This document shows positions 12,069 through 26,172 of a DNA stretch of 64,000 nucleotides, one piece after another. Positions within the stretch are counted from its first letter, which is position 1. Each line of letters opens with the position of its first letter. This DNA is from Octopus sinensis. Its lineage: Eukaryota. Both the position numbers and the translations under genes were made by a program. The notes under the pieces are model-generated. The model was given only the letters and a program-made list of their open reading frames with translations. It did not search any database and had not been told where the DNA came from. The stretch is taken from the NCBI RefSeq assembly GCF_006345805.1, contig NC_043007.1, positions 67,642,001 through 67,706,000 on the forward strand, given 5' to 3'.

Positions 12069-14074
12069 GTATGTATGTATATTTAAGTGAGTTTCCACAT
12101 GGTTTTCCTCTACAAAAGTCCACTCTCAAGGCAATTGTTCAACTTGATACAAGCTATGATAGAAGTCAGTTGTCCAAGGAGCCATACAGTGGGATTGAAC
12201 TGAGAACTAAATGGCTATTAAACAAAAGCTCTAAACTTTACAGCTACATCTGCACCCATTGCAGAAATGAAAAAAGTTTTTCTTTTAGTTTGAGTTTTCT
12301 GTTTTTTTATTTATATTGTCCTAATTATATTGTTACCGAGATGTTTGTGTAAGAAATGAACAAGGTCCATGTTAATTAATATTTCAACATCACATGTTCC
12401 TGTCATAAAGATGTCCACCTACAAAATGATTTAAATGCTATGTGTCCTTTGTTTTTATAGTAGTCCTACCTCTTTTTCCCTGCCCCTCCTTCAGTCAGTG
12501 GGCTCCATGAAACTGACGTTCCTCTTTTCCAAAGCATGTGGTCTTGTGCCCATATTAGAAATCATAGTTGACTTTGCTTTTCATCTTTTCGAGACAACAA
12601 AATAAGTACCTGTAAAGTCCTGGGCTGATGTAATCAACTAGCCCACATCCACCAAAATTTCAGGCCTTGCACCAAAATTAGAAACAATTATTATTATTGT
12701 TATTATTATTATTAAGGTGATGAGCTATCAGGATCATTATTACACTGGGAAAAGTGCTTAGCAGCATTTCATCTATCTTTGTTACAAGTTCAAATTCCGC
12801 TAAGGTCATCTTTGCCTTTTATCCTTTTGGAGGTCAATAAAATAAGTACCAGTTGGACACTGGGGTTGATCTAATTGACTTATCCTCTCCCTTGAAATTG
12901 CTTTACTTCTACTAAAATTTGAAACCATTATTATTATCATTATTAGGTGCCAAGTTAGCGGATACATGTACATATACATGTGCATACATGGACATATACA
13001 TGCACATATGCAGGCACACACGCTTTTTCAGTTACACACATGCATACATACAGGTACTTACGTACACATATATACACATACACACACTCATTCATATACA
13101 TTTGTATATACATGTGCATGTACACATTCATACACACACACACACACATTTATATGTGTGTGTGTGTATATATATATATCTATCTGTGTGTGTGTGTACG
13201 TATGTATGTATGTGTGTGTGTGTGTGTATGTATATATATATATATTCATTAATATTTAGTAGAAGTAAGAGAATGACTTGAGGTCTGAGAGTTTCATGCA
13301 TTGGCACTTATCAAACTAGTCACAAGTTAAACACCTGTGAGTTTATATAGCTGTTGATAAAATGCACACATACACAAAGATGTGTGTGTATGCCTTTGTT
13401 TTATGTTTACACCTGTGAAAGCAACTGATGTTGTCTTTATGTTGTACTCCTTTATGCTCTGGAGCATAGCAGTTCAACAAATAGAAATTAATAAAATAAA
13501 ACAGACTCAAATAATTACCAGGATTAGTATAATAGACTAAAACCTTTGAAAGTGGTGCTCTACCATGATTTCAGACCAATGACTGAAGCCAGTAAAAGTG
13601 AAATGTAAAAAATGCTTAAATCCTTATCATTGTAACAATAGCTACAATAACGACAAAAATAACAATGATAATTATCATTATTATTATTATTATTATTGCT
13701 ATTGTTATTAGCAATAATAATCTTGGGTATAAATAGAAATAACTAGTTTTACTAGAGAACAAGTTTTAAATAGCCAACAGACAATAGGAATGCACCATAT
13801 TTGCACATGATAGATGAAACTTAAATGAGAAAAAAATTTATCATTATTAAATATCAACGATGTAAAAACAATAACTATCTCTTTTAAGTACCATTGCATT
13901 AATCACCACCACCACCACCATGAAGAACAACAAAGAAAAAATAGCAACAGCTATGATTAATAATTCCACACATGCTCAAAATAAACTAATGCATTATATT
14001 CCAGTATTTCATCTGACTTTAAGTATCATTACATCTCTCTCCCTCTCTCTCCATATATATATGTGTGTATGTTA

Positions 14075-14305
14075 TCATCATCATCATTTAGCGTCCGCTT
14101 TCCATGCTAGCATGGGTTGGACGGTTCAACTGGGGTCTCGGAAGCCAGGAGGCTGTACCAGGCCCAGTCTGATCTGGCAATGTTTCTACGGCTGGATGCC
14201 CTTCCTAATGCCAACCACTCCATGAGTGTAGTGGGTGCTTTTTATGTGCCACCGGCATAGGTGCCAGACGGGGCTGGCAAACGGCCACGGTCGGATGGTG
14301 CTTTT
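14075..14305 (-). mobile_element. RTE-type 3' UTR/tail fragment
   Basis: Minus strand GGTTGGCATTAGGAAGGGCATCCAGCCGTAGAAAC...CCAACCCATGCTAGCATGGAAAGCGGACGCTAAATGATGATG; same tail follows RTE ORF2 at 17355-18030. Confidence 0.7.
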
Positions 14306-14530
14306 TACGTGCCACTGTCCTGCCTTTCATCCTTTCAGGGTCAATAAATTAAGTACCAGTAAAACACAGGGGAGTCAATGTAATCGACTTAGCCTCTTCC
14401 CTAAATGGCTGCCCTTGTGGCAAAATTTGAAACCATTATTATTATTATTTAAATCAATTTGATTCAGTTCTGTGCTACTGCAAGTTTTGTAGGTCCCCTA
14501 ATAGAAGCCCACTCCTGCAGGAATGACTGA

Positions 14531-14859
14531 TCTTTTATCTTTTAATTGTTTCAGTCATTAATTTACAGTTATGCTGGGGCACTGCCTTGGAGAACTTTAG
14601 TCAAGTGAATTGAACCCAGTACTTCATTTTTTAAAGTCTAGTATTTATTGTATCAGACTTTTGCCAAACTGCTAAGTTACAGAGACATAATGACAAACAT
14701 GATGAACTTCTTTTAGTTTCCATCAACCAAATCCATTCACAAGACTTTGCTCGGCCCAAGGCTATAGTAGTAGAAGACACTTGCCCAAGGTGCCACGCAG
14801 TGGGACTGAACCTGAATCCATGTGGTTGGGAAGCAAACTTCTTAATTACACAGCCACAC
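14531..14859 (-). mobile_element. tRNA-derived SINE, family A
   Basis: Reverse complement of family A head and tail. Confidence 0.75.
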
Positions 14860-14875
14860 TTACTTTGTGATTAAG

Positions 14876-14928
<53 letters not shown>

Positions 14929-14985
14929 CTAATACATCTGTTGTCTACACCACCTGTCTTTGTCTTGTTTTTTTTGTGAATTTTC

Positions 14986-15040
<55 letters not shown>

Positions 15041-15041
<1 letters not shown>

Positions 15042-15250
15042 GTACATACATATAATTAATCCAAACATGAACAAGCAAGAAAAAACAATGTGAGGACGTG
15101 GAACAAGTACAGTGTTATTGGACGCTCAGGAAAGGAAAGAAAAGAAAGAGGATTTCATGTTTCGAGCAGAGCTCTTCGTCAGAAATATAGAAAAAGTCCA
15201 AAGAAGGGAAGACAGAGAAAAAAATCGTCAATGATACACATGCGATCACA
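15041..15250 (-). mobile_element. Short PLE-terminus-like element, family 3, with a decayed hammerhead-like core
   Basis: Minus strand ATTT-CTGACGA-A-GAGC(TCT)GCTC-GAAA-CATG-AAAT (15186->15152), then a ~100-nt pyrimidine-rich tail ending in (TA)n. Confidence 0.45.
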
Positions 15251-16419
15251 TATTGAAATCAGGTGTTGGAGGAAGGAGTGGAGGTCAGGCATGGTGAGAG
15301 GGTGTGAATGTCGGTGTAGGTGTTATTGGTGGTGGCTCAATCCTACTCACAAGTTACTGGTAAAAATGAGGCTAAAATGAGGACAGTTGACCAAGATGCC
15401 ATGTAGGAGGGATTGAACCTTGAACTGCATGGTTAGGGAGTGAACTTCCAAACTACACAATCATACACCTGTTAGTGGTAAGACAATCCAAGTGTATTTA
15501 TTACTGGATTAAAACATTAAACAAGCTACATTCATTTAGTTCTGTTTCAACTGCATACTAATCAAATTGCATATAAAACAATGAACAACTAGAGAGAAAC
15601 ACGTGTGAACATCAAAGCACAAGAGAAACAATGACTTGCCTGACCTCAACCTTACAAATGAAAGCAGGAAATACCGTAAATAACAACAAATAAAGAAATG
15701 ACCAAAAAAGTTGACACACCCAATTACTAAGGGCTTAAAAGCTGGGCTATGTATCTTTGACTTTTAACAGTTTCAAAGCAAAAGGATTAAATCAAATAAT
15801 ACCAAAAGCAACAAAAATACTGTCATACTTTGTACCTACCTAACAAAAGAGAAACATCTATAGGCTTGTTTATGAAATTCTACATTCACGAATAAATTCT
15901 AAACAATAATGTTTAGAATTTAAACTCCAAATTTAATCAATTAAAACTTTTCCAAAACATCTTTTCATAACAACCAACCATAAAAAGACCAATTACCACC
16001 CCACTCAAACCCACACATCTAAAGATGATTTTAATTCAACAGGGACCATAAAAAGGCTAGACTAATTCCAATGCATCACAGTCTGACAATGGCATAACCG
16101 AATGAAAATTGGAAGTCACCGTCAACAATATTCTTGTATAAGAATAATGAATTTGTACTCTAAAAAAGTATAGAGTAACCCACCAGACTAATGTAAAATT
16201 GTTTTTATTATAACTGAACATAAAAACAAACATTAATATATATACATGAGTAAAACGCCCCCGCCACCATCCAATAGACAGTGCTGAGATGTCAAACATT
16301 TAAACCAAATTTTCTCAAAACAACTTGTCTGACCGTCCCATAGGCCTCCCCCTTGAGTAACACTGATTAAACCTAAATTTGAGACACCAGCAAAAGAAGA
16401 AATAAAGATAGACTTTTTT

Positions 16420-16634
16420 TCTATTCCAAGAAAAACGATTTTACAAATGTATGTTCCCACGGCTTTATTGATAGCATTCTCACCTGGAATCAATTTTTGT
16501 AATTTGTTCAAGACTTATACATGCCCTGATACTGTTGGTATCTACTTACCAAATTTGAGCACAATCGGATGGAGGATGCCCGAGATCCTAGAAGACACGT
16601 ACACACACAGACAGAACGGATTTTATATAAGAGA
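16420..16634 (-). mobile_element. Non-autonomous Helitron 5' fragment
   Basis: Minus strand starts A|TCTCTTATATAAAATCCGTTCTGTCTGTGTG...CCGATTGTGCTCAAATTTGG, like the 5' ends of the 22.4 and 53.4 kb Helitrons; no CTAG end located. Confidence 0.45.
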
Positions 16635-17354
16635 TATGATGAACTCTTCTGTTGAAAATGATGTATGAGTGTTCAGCTTTTTGCCAAAACGACTGTATAG
16701 TGGTCAAATGTATGTGCTGTACATTAGCTCACTCCCTCCATCAAATTGGAGTTACCTGAACAGGACATGCATGGTGTACCATGCATCAGGTGTTGAAGTC
16801 ATCACAGAGTAACATGAGATGAAGTGTTTTGCTCAAGAACACAACGCACCATCTGGTCTAGAAATTAAAACCACAATCTCATGATTGTGAGCGCAACACC
16901 CTAACCAGTAGACCATGCATCCTCTCTCTCTCTCACACACACATATATATATATTGTGCTGGTGCCAGATAAAAAGCACATGTGCTGGTACCACATAAAA
17001 AGCACCCAGTACACTCTGGGAAGTGGTTGTCATTAGGAAGAGCATCCACTCATAGAAACCATGCCAAAACAGACAAATGGAACCTGGGACAGCTCTATGG
17101 CTTTCCAGTTCCTGTCTAACCATCCAACCAGTGCCAATATGGAAAATAGACATTAAATAATGATATATATAAAGATGGATGGCTTCTCAAATAAAATTGC
17201 ACTTCATCTTTGAAATTCCAATGAAACTAGAGGGTGATACACAAGCCCACAACTCTGAGTGCAATGCATCTTTGAACTGAAGCAGTTGTAAGCTAATGTA
17301 GTTTATTACATAATTTCTTATTTCCTTCTCATTTATTTAATTTCCTATATATAT

Positions 17355-18030
17355 ATCATCATCATCATCATCATTATTTAACATTCACTGTTCATGCTGG
17401 CATGGGTGGGATGGTTTGACTGGGCTGGCACACTCGAAGGCTCCACCAGACCCCAGTCTGATTTGGCATGGTTTTCTACAGCTTGATGCCCTTCATAACA
17501 CCAACCACTCAGAGTGTAATGGGTGCTTTTACATGCCACCGGCATGGGTGCCATTTATATGACACCAGGGTGCACTTACGTGTCACCAATGGTTTTGCTC
17601 AGCTTGATGGGTCTTCTCAAGCATGACATAATGCTAGAGGTCTTGGCCATTGCCTCCGTGAGGCCTACTACTCGAAAGTGACTCAGTCACTTTGCCTCTG
17701 TGAGGCCCAATGTTCAAAAGATATTCTTTACATGCTACCTGTATGGGTGCACTTGGCATGACAGGTCCTCTCAAGCACAGCACATCGCCAAAGATCTCGG
17801 TCACCAGTCATTGCCTCTGTAAGGCCCAATGTTCGAAGATCATGCTTCACCACCTTGTCCCATGTCTTCCTGGGTCTACCTCTACGACAGGTTCCCTCCA
17901 CAGATAGAGATCAGCACTTCTTTACACAACTGTCCCCGTCCATACACATCTCATGACCATACCAGCACAGTCTGATGCCTCTTATGCTTAACTTTTCTCT
18001 CAAGATGCTTACACTCTGTCAAACAGGCAG
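17355..18030 (-). mobile_element. RTE-clade LINE 3' end (ORF2 C-terminus, 3' UTR, (ATG)n tail)
   Basis: REKLSIRGIRLCWYGHEMCMDGDSCVKKC*SLSVEGTCRRGRPRKTWDKVVKHDLRTLGLTEAMTGDRDLWRCAVLERTC, then UTR and (CAT)n on the + strand. Confidence 0.8.
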
Positions 18031-18264
18031 TGCAGTTAAGAAGTTCATTTTATAGGTATGATGTGGGTTGTGGTGGTAGTGCCAGTGGTAGAATCAGCAA
18101 CATTGTTTGTGGGGGTGGTGGTAGTGTTAGTAGTGATGGTGCTGTTAGCCTTGGTAGCTGTGTATGAGGTAGGCAGCAGAGTTTAATGGTTATGTTAGTG
18201 TTATGTGATGTAATTGAAATTGAGATGCAATGTTGAGTGGGAGGTTGAAATAGGAGGAGATAGG

Positions 18265-18297
<33 letters not shown>

Positions 18298-18389
18298 AGC
18301 AAGAGAACAAAGAGAAAGAAAACAACATCTATATATATTTGTGTATGTGCGTGTGTCCTTGTATGTATGTGTGTATGTATATATGTGTG

Positions 18390-18429
<40 letters not shown>

Positions 18430-18439
<10 letters not shown>

Positions 18440-19034
18440 TATGTATACATCCATATGTATGTGTGTATGTGTGTGTGTATAATGCTTGAATAAGTGAATG
18501 AGAGAAAGAGAGATCTAGAAAAGAAAAAAATAGTTAACTGTAGAATCAGCTCCGGATTACCAAGTGGCACTAATTAACTTTTCAGAAAAGCTAGAAATAA
18601 ATCTGTATTCTACAAACATTAGTTCCTAATCTCTCAGAAGCCACCAAAACTGCTATTTCTCATTCAGTAAACACAAAACTTTATAAAATGAATTCTATGA
18701 ATTAGGATAAACAGTTCAAATTTCTTTGCTGACTTTTTTCAATGTTCCTAATAATAATCAAGTCTTTGTTATTAACAACAACAACAATGCTAATTGTTTC
18801 AAACTTTGGCACAATGCCAGCAATTTTAAGAGGAAGAGGCAGTCAACTATAATGACCCCAGCATGAGACTAACATTTTATTTTATTGGCCCCCAAAAGGA
18901 TGAAAGACAAAGTTGACCTCAGCAGTATTTGAACTCAGAATAAAAGAGCTAAAAGAGCTAGAATGCTGCTAAGCATTTTGTCCAACATGCTTGTAGATTC
19001 TGTCAGCTTGTCATTGAGTTGTATTCTTCTAATC

Positions 19035-19077
<43 letters not shown>

Positions 19078-19685
19078 ATACACACACACATATGTATACA
19101 TCCATATGTATGTGTGTATGTGTGTGTGTATAATGCTTGAATAAGTGAATGAGAGAAAGAGAGATCTAGAAAAGAAAAAAATAGTTAACTGTAGAATCAG
19201 CTCCGGATTACCAAGTGGCACTAATTAACTTTTCAGAAAAGCTAGAAATAAATCTGTATTCTACAAACATTAGTTCCTAATCTCTCAGAAGCCACCAAAA
19301 CTGCTATTTCTCATTCAGTAAACACAAAACTTTATAAAATGAATTCTATGAATTAGGATAAACAGTTCAAATTTCTTTGCTGACTTTTTTCAATGTTCCT
19401 AATAATAATCAAGTCTTTGTTATTAACAACAACAACAATGCTAATTGTTTCAAACTTTGGCACAATGCCAGCAATTTTAAGAGGAAGAGGCAGTCAACTA
19501 TAATGACCCCAGCATGAGACTAACATTTTATTTTATTGGCCCCCAAAAGGATGAAAGACAAAGTTGACCTCAGCAGTATTTGAACTCAGAATAAAAGAGC
19601 TAAAAGAGCTAGAATGCTGCTAAGCATTTTGTCCAACATGCTTGTAGATTCTGTCAGCTTGTCATTGAGTTGTATTCTTCTAATC

Positions 19686-19689
<4 letters not shown>
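18430..19689. repeat. Perfect tandem duplication, 2 x 609 bp (period 651), delimited by (TA)n
   Basis: 18430-19038 and 19081-19689 are identical line by line. Confidence 0.95.
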
Positions 19690-19727
<38 letters not shown>

Positions 19728-21784
19728 AAGAAAAAAAGCTTAGCAGTCACATTCAAGTGGGTATTACTAGGCAGCTTCTCCCATGCCTTTGTTAATTATT
19801 ATAGATCCATATGTAGTCACAAGCCGACATAGATACTCTCTCAGCCCTCCTATCCTTGACCCAGTGTGACATAGATGTAACAGCTAGAGGAAGGAGAGAG
19901 AGGGAGAGAGAAAGAGAGCTGCATCACCAGTTGGTTAGTACTCTTTTTCAGCTGAGTAGACTGGTTCCACATGAAATGAAGTGATTTGTTCGAAGACACA
20001 ACACACTGACCAGTCCAGGAATTGAACAGTCACTTTACAGTTGAACCCCTCACCTTACAAACACCCTAATCAGAAGGTCACGCACCTTCAAATATACTTA
20101 ATAAGTAATTAGATGTGCAAGTTTGTCTCCTTGTCATCAGTGTGTAATAGTTGTAAGCAATTTCTATCTGACTAGGACTGTATCAGACCCACAAAGGACT
20201 TAAGCACTTCAAAGATTTTGGTGCCTTCATATATATGTAATTCAAAATATAAACAATAATAAGCCATAAAATGAAACAAAACTAACAGTAAGATGGAAAA
20301 TAATGTTTATTTTTGTATACTTCTACTTTATTTATATTTGAAGAGTTTTCTCCTAATTCTTAAATTGAAAAGTTTTTGATCAAATCCTCAAATTAATTTT
20401 ACATAGCACATCTGTTTCTATACTTAGTAAAAATAAGGCATCCTGAATATTATTTTAGCAAATTTAAAGTGAAATCTTTTGTGCTGTCAACCTTTTACCA
20501 TTTCTGTGGTACCCCGCTTTCCTTGATGCATTTATTTTGATTAATGGTTACTGCATTTGATTCATGCAAGTATGGTAAAGTGGACATTAAAAGAAAAATC
20601 AAACAAAAATGATGTTTTGTTTGAAAACATATGCATTGGTTATGGTTAAAATGCTTCTGATCTGAAGTCTATTCTGTCAGATGTGTCAGAGGGTTAAACA
20701 GCACAAATGATACAATAACTTGAACTAAGATAGCAACATCAACAATACTGTAAAGAAGACTCCACCCTTATTTTGATTTGTTTTAGAATAAGAGATTAAT
20801 AAAGTAAAATGAGATGAAATTCTAAAACAAAAAAAAAAAAGCTACAGATAAAATCCCAAACAAACTCTACAAAATTCTTCAAACCCCTGCTGTCAAAAGA
20901 AAAGCAAAAAAATAGAAAATGAAAGAAAAAAAATGAAAAAAATCAAAAACAAAATAGACTAAAGGAGAGATATTATATCATATGATAGGTGCAGGCGTGG
21001 CTGTGAGGTAAAAAGTTTTGCTTCCCAACCACATGGTTTTGAGTTCAGTCCCACTGCATGTATCCTCAGGGCAAGTATCTTCTACAATAATTCTGGGCCA
21101 ACCAAAGCCTTGACAGTGGATTCGATACACAAAAATTTAAAGGAACCACAGAAATCCACTTCAACAAATACTGTCCAACCCATGAAAGCAAGGAAAAGTT
21201 GATGTTAAAATAATGATGATGAGATGGAAGATGATATTTTTATTCCAAAGTTTCCTTTTCTTTTTTTGCCAAACAATTTCTTTGTAAAAAAAAAAAATTG
21301 AAAGAAAAAATCAGATGGTATATAATATATTATCTGTTGTTTATGTTTTTGTTTTTTTTGTGCATTTTCCTTCTCTCTCTTTTTTTTTAGAATCTGAAGA
21401 AAACAACAAAAGCATTTTGGTGAAAATCTGTACAAGGAACAAAAGGATCTAAGTATTTCTTTATTCCACTCTGTTTAATGAAAGAATGGTTTTTTGTTAC
21501 CAGCCGATAAACAAAACCAACATAGAAAAGAATGATAAGATAAAATATGTGCGTATATGTAATACAATGTGTGTGTGTGTGTAAAATTCACAAACATGTG
21601 TATCTATCTATCTATATATCTATATATGCACATATATAAGTATATATATATATATATATATTTATAAGTACACACACACATATAAGTATATATGCATATA
21701 TGGCAATATATTCATTCATTTATATACATGTGTGAATGTGTATAAGCATGTACATATATATTGCTGACAATGCTGAGGATAATT

Positions 21785-21844
<60 letters not shown>

Positions 21845-22372
21845 GCATAGCATGAATATCTATGTATGTAGACATAGTATGTTAAGGAAAGGAGAAGTAA
21901 CCAGCTTTACAGCTATATACACATATTTACTAAAATAAAATGTAAATACACATATGTATACATGTTTCTACATATAAATATACAAGAATAAATACATATA
22001 TACACATACAAACTGACATTTACGAGCATGCAAATTCACCCTAAAATAACCCTAAATACGCATTTTCTAAAACATAAAACGTAAATGTTCTGATTATAAT
22101 AATAAAAGAATAAATATATACATACACACATTCACTCATTGTCTCTCTCTCTCAATCACACATACATACATACACTATTCTCAAAGTAATGTGATAAACA
22201 GTTTGACAAATTTTCTCTTTAATAACATCAACCTTCTGTGTGTGAATCATAATATTTATTGCAAAAAAATAAACTGATTATTGAAAGAAAGTGGGTTGTG
22301 TGCTAACATATATGTATATATGTATGCATGCGTGTGTATGTGTACATATATGTGTGTGCATATATATATATA

Positions 22373-22771
22373 CTAGCAGTATCACCCGGCGTTGCTCAGG
22401 TTCGTTTCGACCCTTCAGAATTGGAATTTTTGAAAAGTAAAACTTTTGCATTATGTAGTTTGTTATTCTCTTAAAGTGAACATTTTCCTGGTTGAAATAC
22501 ACCGTAAAATGGCAACACAGCAATCAAAAAATCGTAAAAATAGGGATTTTCATAGAAAAAAAAAAAGCACCTTTTTGATGTAAATAATTCTTGGTCTTAA
22601 CATGGTCCGATTTGATTTTTTTCTTCTATGGAATGAAGAGCAAGCCTTCTTCTATCATACTCTCAATTTTGGTCAACTTGCGCCGCAGGGTCTCGGAGGA
22701 GATAGTGTTAGTTGAAGGCTACCAAACATGCCAAACACAGACAACTTCAGTTTTATATATATATATAGAGA
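22373..22771 (-). mobile_element. Non-autonomous Helitron, full length
   Basis: Minus strand 5' A|TCTCTATATATATAAAA ... GC-rich subterminal CCTGAGCAACGCCGGG ... CTAG|T 3'; homologues at 52788 and 53423. Confidence 0.8.
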
Positions 22772-22782
22772 TTATACACACA

Positions 22783-23080
22783 AGTGAAGGCACATGGCTC
22801 AGTGGTTAGAGTGTTGGACTTACAATTGTGAGATTGTGAATTTGATTTCTGGACTGGGCTGTTGCTCCAGTTCACTCGACTGTAGAAATGAGCTGCGACA
22901 TCACTGGTGCCAAGATGTATTGGCCTTTGCCTTTCCCTTGGACAACATCAGTGGTGTGGAGATGGGAGGCTGGTATGCATGGGTGACTGCTGGCCTTCCA
23001 CAAACAACTTTGCCTGGACCTGTGGCTTGGAAGGGAACTTTCTAGGTGCAATCCCATGGTCATTCATGACAGAAATGGGT
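22783..23080 (+). mobile_element. tRNA-derived SINE, family C
   Basis: GTGAAGGCACATGGCTCAGTGGTTAGAG head, GTTGCTCCAGTTCACTC..CTGTAGAAATGAG module; homologous to 55929-56261. Confidence 0.75.
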
Positions 23081-24264
23081 TTTTACTTTATATATACAAC
23101 AAACATACACACACACTCGTACATAAAATACATAATATACACATACACAAACAACACATAATGATAATCCTTTCTGCACAAGGCCTGAAATTTTGGGGGA
23201 TTACATCAATCTCAGTACTTGGCTGATACTAATTTTATCAACCTTGAAAGGATGAAAAGACAAAGTCAACTGGATTTGAGCTCAGAGCATTAAGGACCAG
23301 AAGAAATGCCACCAAGCATTTATGTACTGATGATTCTGCCAGCTCACTGCCATTAATGGTTTCAAATTTCGGTACAAGACCAGCAATTTTTAACGGGAGG
23401 GGAATAGTCAGTTACATCAAACCCCCAGTACTTGTAACTGGTACTTTATTTTATCAACACCCAAAAGGTTGAAAAGCAAAACCTCAGGGTGATTTGAATT
23501 CAGATTATAAAAGTACAAGATGAAAAAGTGAACAGTAAAAGAGTCATTAAGAGGAAAAGGTGCACAGGCAAATCAGGAGAAGGTTGGTGAATTTATATAT
23601 GGAGCTGCTGTGGTGGAATGTCATCCTAACTTGTCAAATCCCAACAATAGGTTTCCGTCTATCAAATTCATCACAAAGCTTTGGTCAACCCAAGGTTATA
23701 GTAGAAGATGCTTGCTTAAGGTACCATGTAGTGGAACTGAACCCGGAATCATGTGTTTGGGAAGCAAGCTTCAGACCACACTGCCATGCCTGTGCTTAAC
23801 ATTAAAATTCCAATAGACCAGTGAACTGTCTACAGGATAGTGTTATAATCTCAGTTACTCCTAAGGCATGAAAAATGAGTTAAGCTTCAGCTTAATGAGT
23901 CCCAGAGTTCATGACAGACCTGTCTAAGTAACATTAAAATACATTTACAATTCTACAAAACAATAAAAGGAGATGAAAAAAACAAACAAAATAAACTGTT
24001 ATTATAATTGTTTAGCCCTAGGTTTGCTATGACAGAGTAAAACTGTGATCCAAAGTATTCCATCCATGACTCTCATCTTGGGATATTTTCTGCAGGATTT
24101 GTAAAACTAAAGTATTTTGTCCTTGAAACAATGGTGTGTATTTTTAAAGGAGATTTGGTTGTTATTTCTAACTGCTGTGTGACTGCTTAGAGACTTCTCT
24201 CTTTGACCCTGCCCCCAAAATAAATAAATAATTAAGTACTGATTAAAAATGTGATTAATAAACC

Positions 24265-24492
24265 TTAACCCTTTAGCATTCAGATTATTTTGTCAAGCAT
24301 TATGCTTATTTATTCAAATTGATTTGAATTAATCATGCTTTATCTCACTGCTTCTAGATTTCAATGATGAGATAGTATATTTTTAGAATGACCTTGTATG
24401 GTAGGTGTGAGAGGCTAAATTTGGTCAGTTTAAACATAAAACTTGTAGAATATTTGGGCCTGATATGGCCAGTTTAAATGCTAAAGGGTTAA
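24265..24492. mobile_element. piggyBac-like MITE with TTAA TSD
   Basis: TTAA-CCCTTTAGCATT (24265) ... AATGCTAAAGGG-TTAA (24492); same family as 2921-3137, opposite orientation. Confidence 0.85.
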
Positions 24493-24814
24493 TTATACAG
24501 TAATATAAGTCACTGAAACTCATACTCTGCTCTTTCTCTATATAGTCATATAACTACCCCATCACTACTACCATCTACAATTTCCTTCCTCTCATTTAAC
24601 TGCCTTTCTACCTTCTAAATCAAAAACTGGCTCCCCCATCCTTGCATTGTACTGTTGTTTATTTGTTTAAGGTAGTGTTTTTCAAAGTGGGGGTATATGC
24701 CCTTCTTTAGGGTGTGGTTTACTTCAGAATGGAGTGAAAGTAAATAACAAGTTAATAAAACTTGCAATAAAATTTTTATTAAAAATTCTTTTGAATATGC
24801 ATACATACATACAT

Positions 24815-25480
24815 TATCATCATCACTGGATTGGATGATGTGACAGGAGCTAGCCAGACAGAGAGCTACCTGGGTTCCCTTTGTTTTGGCATGGTTTCTA
24901 TGGCTAGATGCCCTTCCTAATGCCAACTACTTTTACAAGGTGTACTGAGTGCTTGAAATATGACACTGGCATGGGTATTTTTATGTGACACCAGCCTGGG
25001 CACTTTTACGTGGCGTCAGCATGGGTACTTTTTATGAGGCACTAGCACCCTCAAGCCCATAAAATTAGGATCTCTTGGCTGAGAGAGAGATGTAAAGGAC
25101 ATGCCTGTATGCATTGACAGCCGTGATTTTTACTTAGCTTGACATGTTTTCTCAAGCACAGTAAACCACCAAAAGTCTAAGTCTCTAGTCATCTCATCTA
25201 TGAGTCCCAGCATCTGAAGGTCTTTTCTCACCACTTCATTCCACATCTTCCTGGGTCTACCCCTTCCACAAGTTCCCTCCATAATTAGAAGTCAGCACTT
25301 CTTGATGCAGCTGTCCTCATTTCTTTCAAGCCTTTGCATGTCCTCAATAGTCACAGCCCATGTCTCAGTGCCTTGTAGCATAGCTGTTCATACACAAGCA
25401 TCATACAATCTGCCCTTCACTCTGAGGCAGAGGCCCTTTGTTACCAAAGGAGGTGGTAGCTCTCTGAACTTTTCTCAGGC
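24815..25480 (-). mobile_element. RTE-clade LINE 3' portion with internal deletion
   Basis: KFRELPPPLVTKGLCLRVKGRLYDACV*TAMLQGTETWAVTIEDMQRLE / EDSCIKKC*LLIMEGTCGRGRPRKMWNEVVRKDLQMLGL, followed by the RTE-type UTR. Confidence 0.8.
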
Positions 25481-25867
25481 ACATGGCCTAGTGGTCATGA
25501 TTGCAAGATTGTCATTTCAATTCCCAGACCAGTGTTGCATTGGGTTCTCGAGAAAAAACACTTTGTTTCACATCGCTTCAGTCCACTCAGCAGTAAATGG
25601 GTAACCCTGCAACGCACTGACATCTCTCTCAGCGAGAATGTTGCTTGCCCATAAAGCCAGCAGGGTGGCATCATTTGACAGCTATGACAACGTGAGGAGG
25701 CACATCGTAACCAGCATTGTTACAGCAATATTTGATAATCTGGTCAATATACAGAACTCAAAACAGGAGCATTTTCTTACCATTTTTAATTGGCACTTGT
25801 GTCACATTATAACTTCTACTGATTAAAAATAATAATAAATATGTGCGCACATACACACACACACACA

Positions 25868-26128
25868 CATCATCATCATTGTTCGACCATGGTCGAGACT
25901 TTCATAGTCTTTTCAAATGGCTAATAATGTGTGCGCACGCCACTACTACACACATTGGAAAGCATTTTACAACCAAGTACTAAAGAAGATCTTTCCTCCT
26001 CCATGAAACAAAGCTGTTCCCGCTGGACGTCAACCCAGTATTTCTAAGCTACGGACCGAGTGATTTATTGTAAGGTTATCTCCCTAGATAGATTGCCTTC
26101 ACTACGGCTAAGGAGCCCTTTCTACCCC
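25868..26128 (-). mobile_element. Unclassified GC-richer retro-type repeat with (ATG)n tail
   Basis: CpG-containing block ending in (CAT)n on the + strand, with a 14-bp palindrome TCGACCATGGTCGA (25883-25896) next to the tail. Confidence 0.35.
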
Positions 26129-26134
26129 ACACAC

Positions 26135-26166
<32 letters not shown>

Positions 26167-26172
26167 GATAGA

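Noticed and set aside
15480-16420. Repeat-poor, strand-asymmetric kilobase as a NUMT or a minus-strand terminal exon (AATAAA at 15497-15502)
   Set aside because: No mitochondrial protein or rRNA motif in either code that I could recognise; the upstream part looks Helitron-like and no linked coding exon was found.
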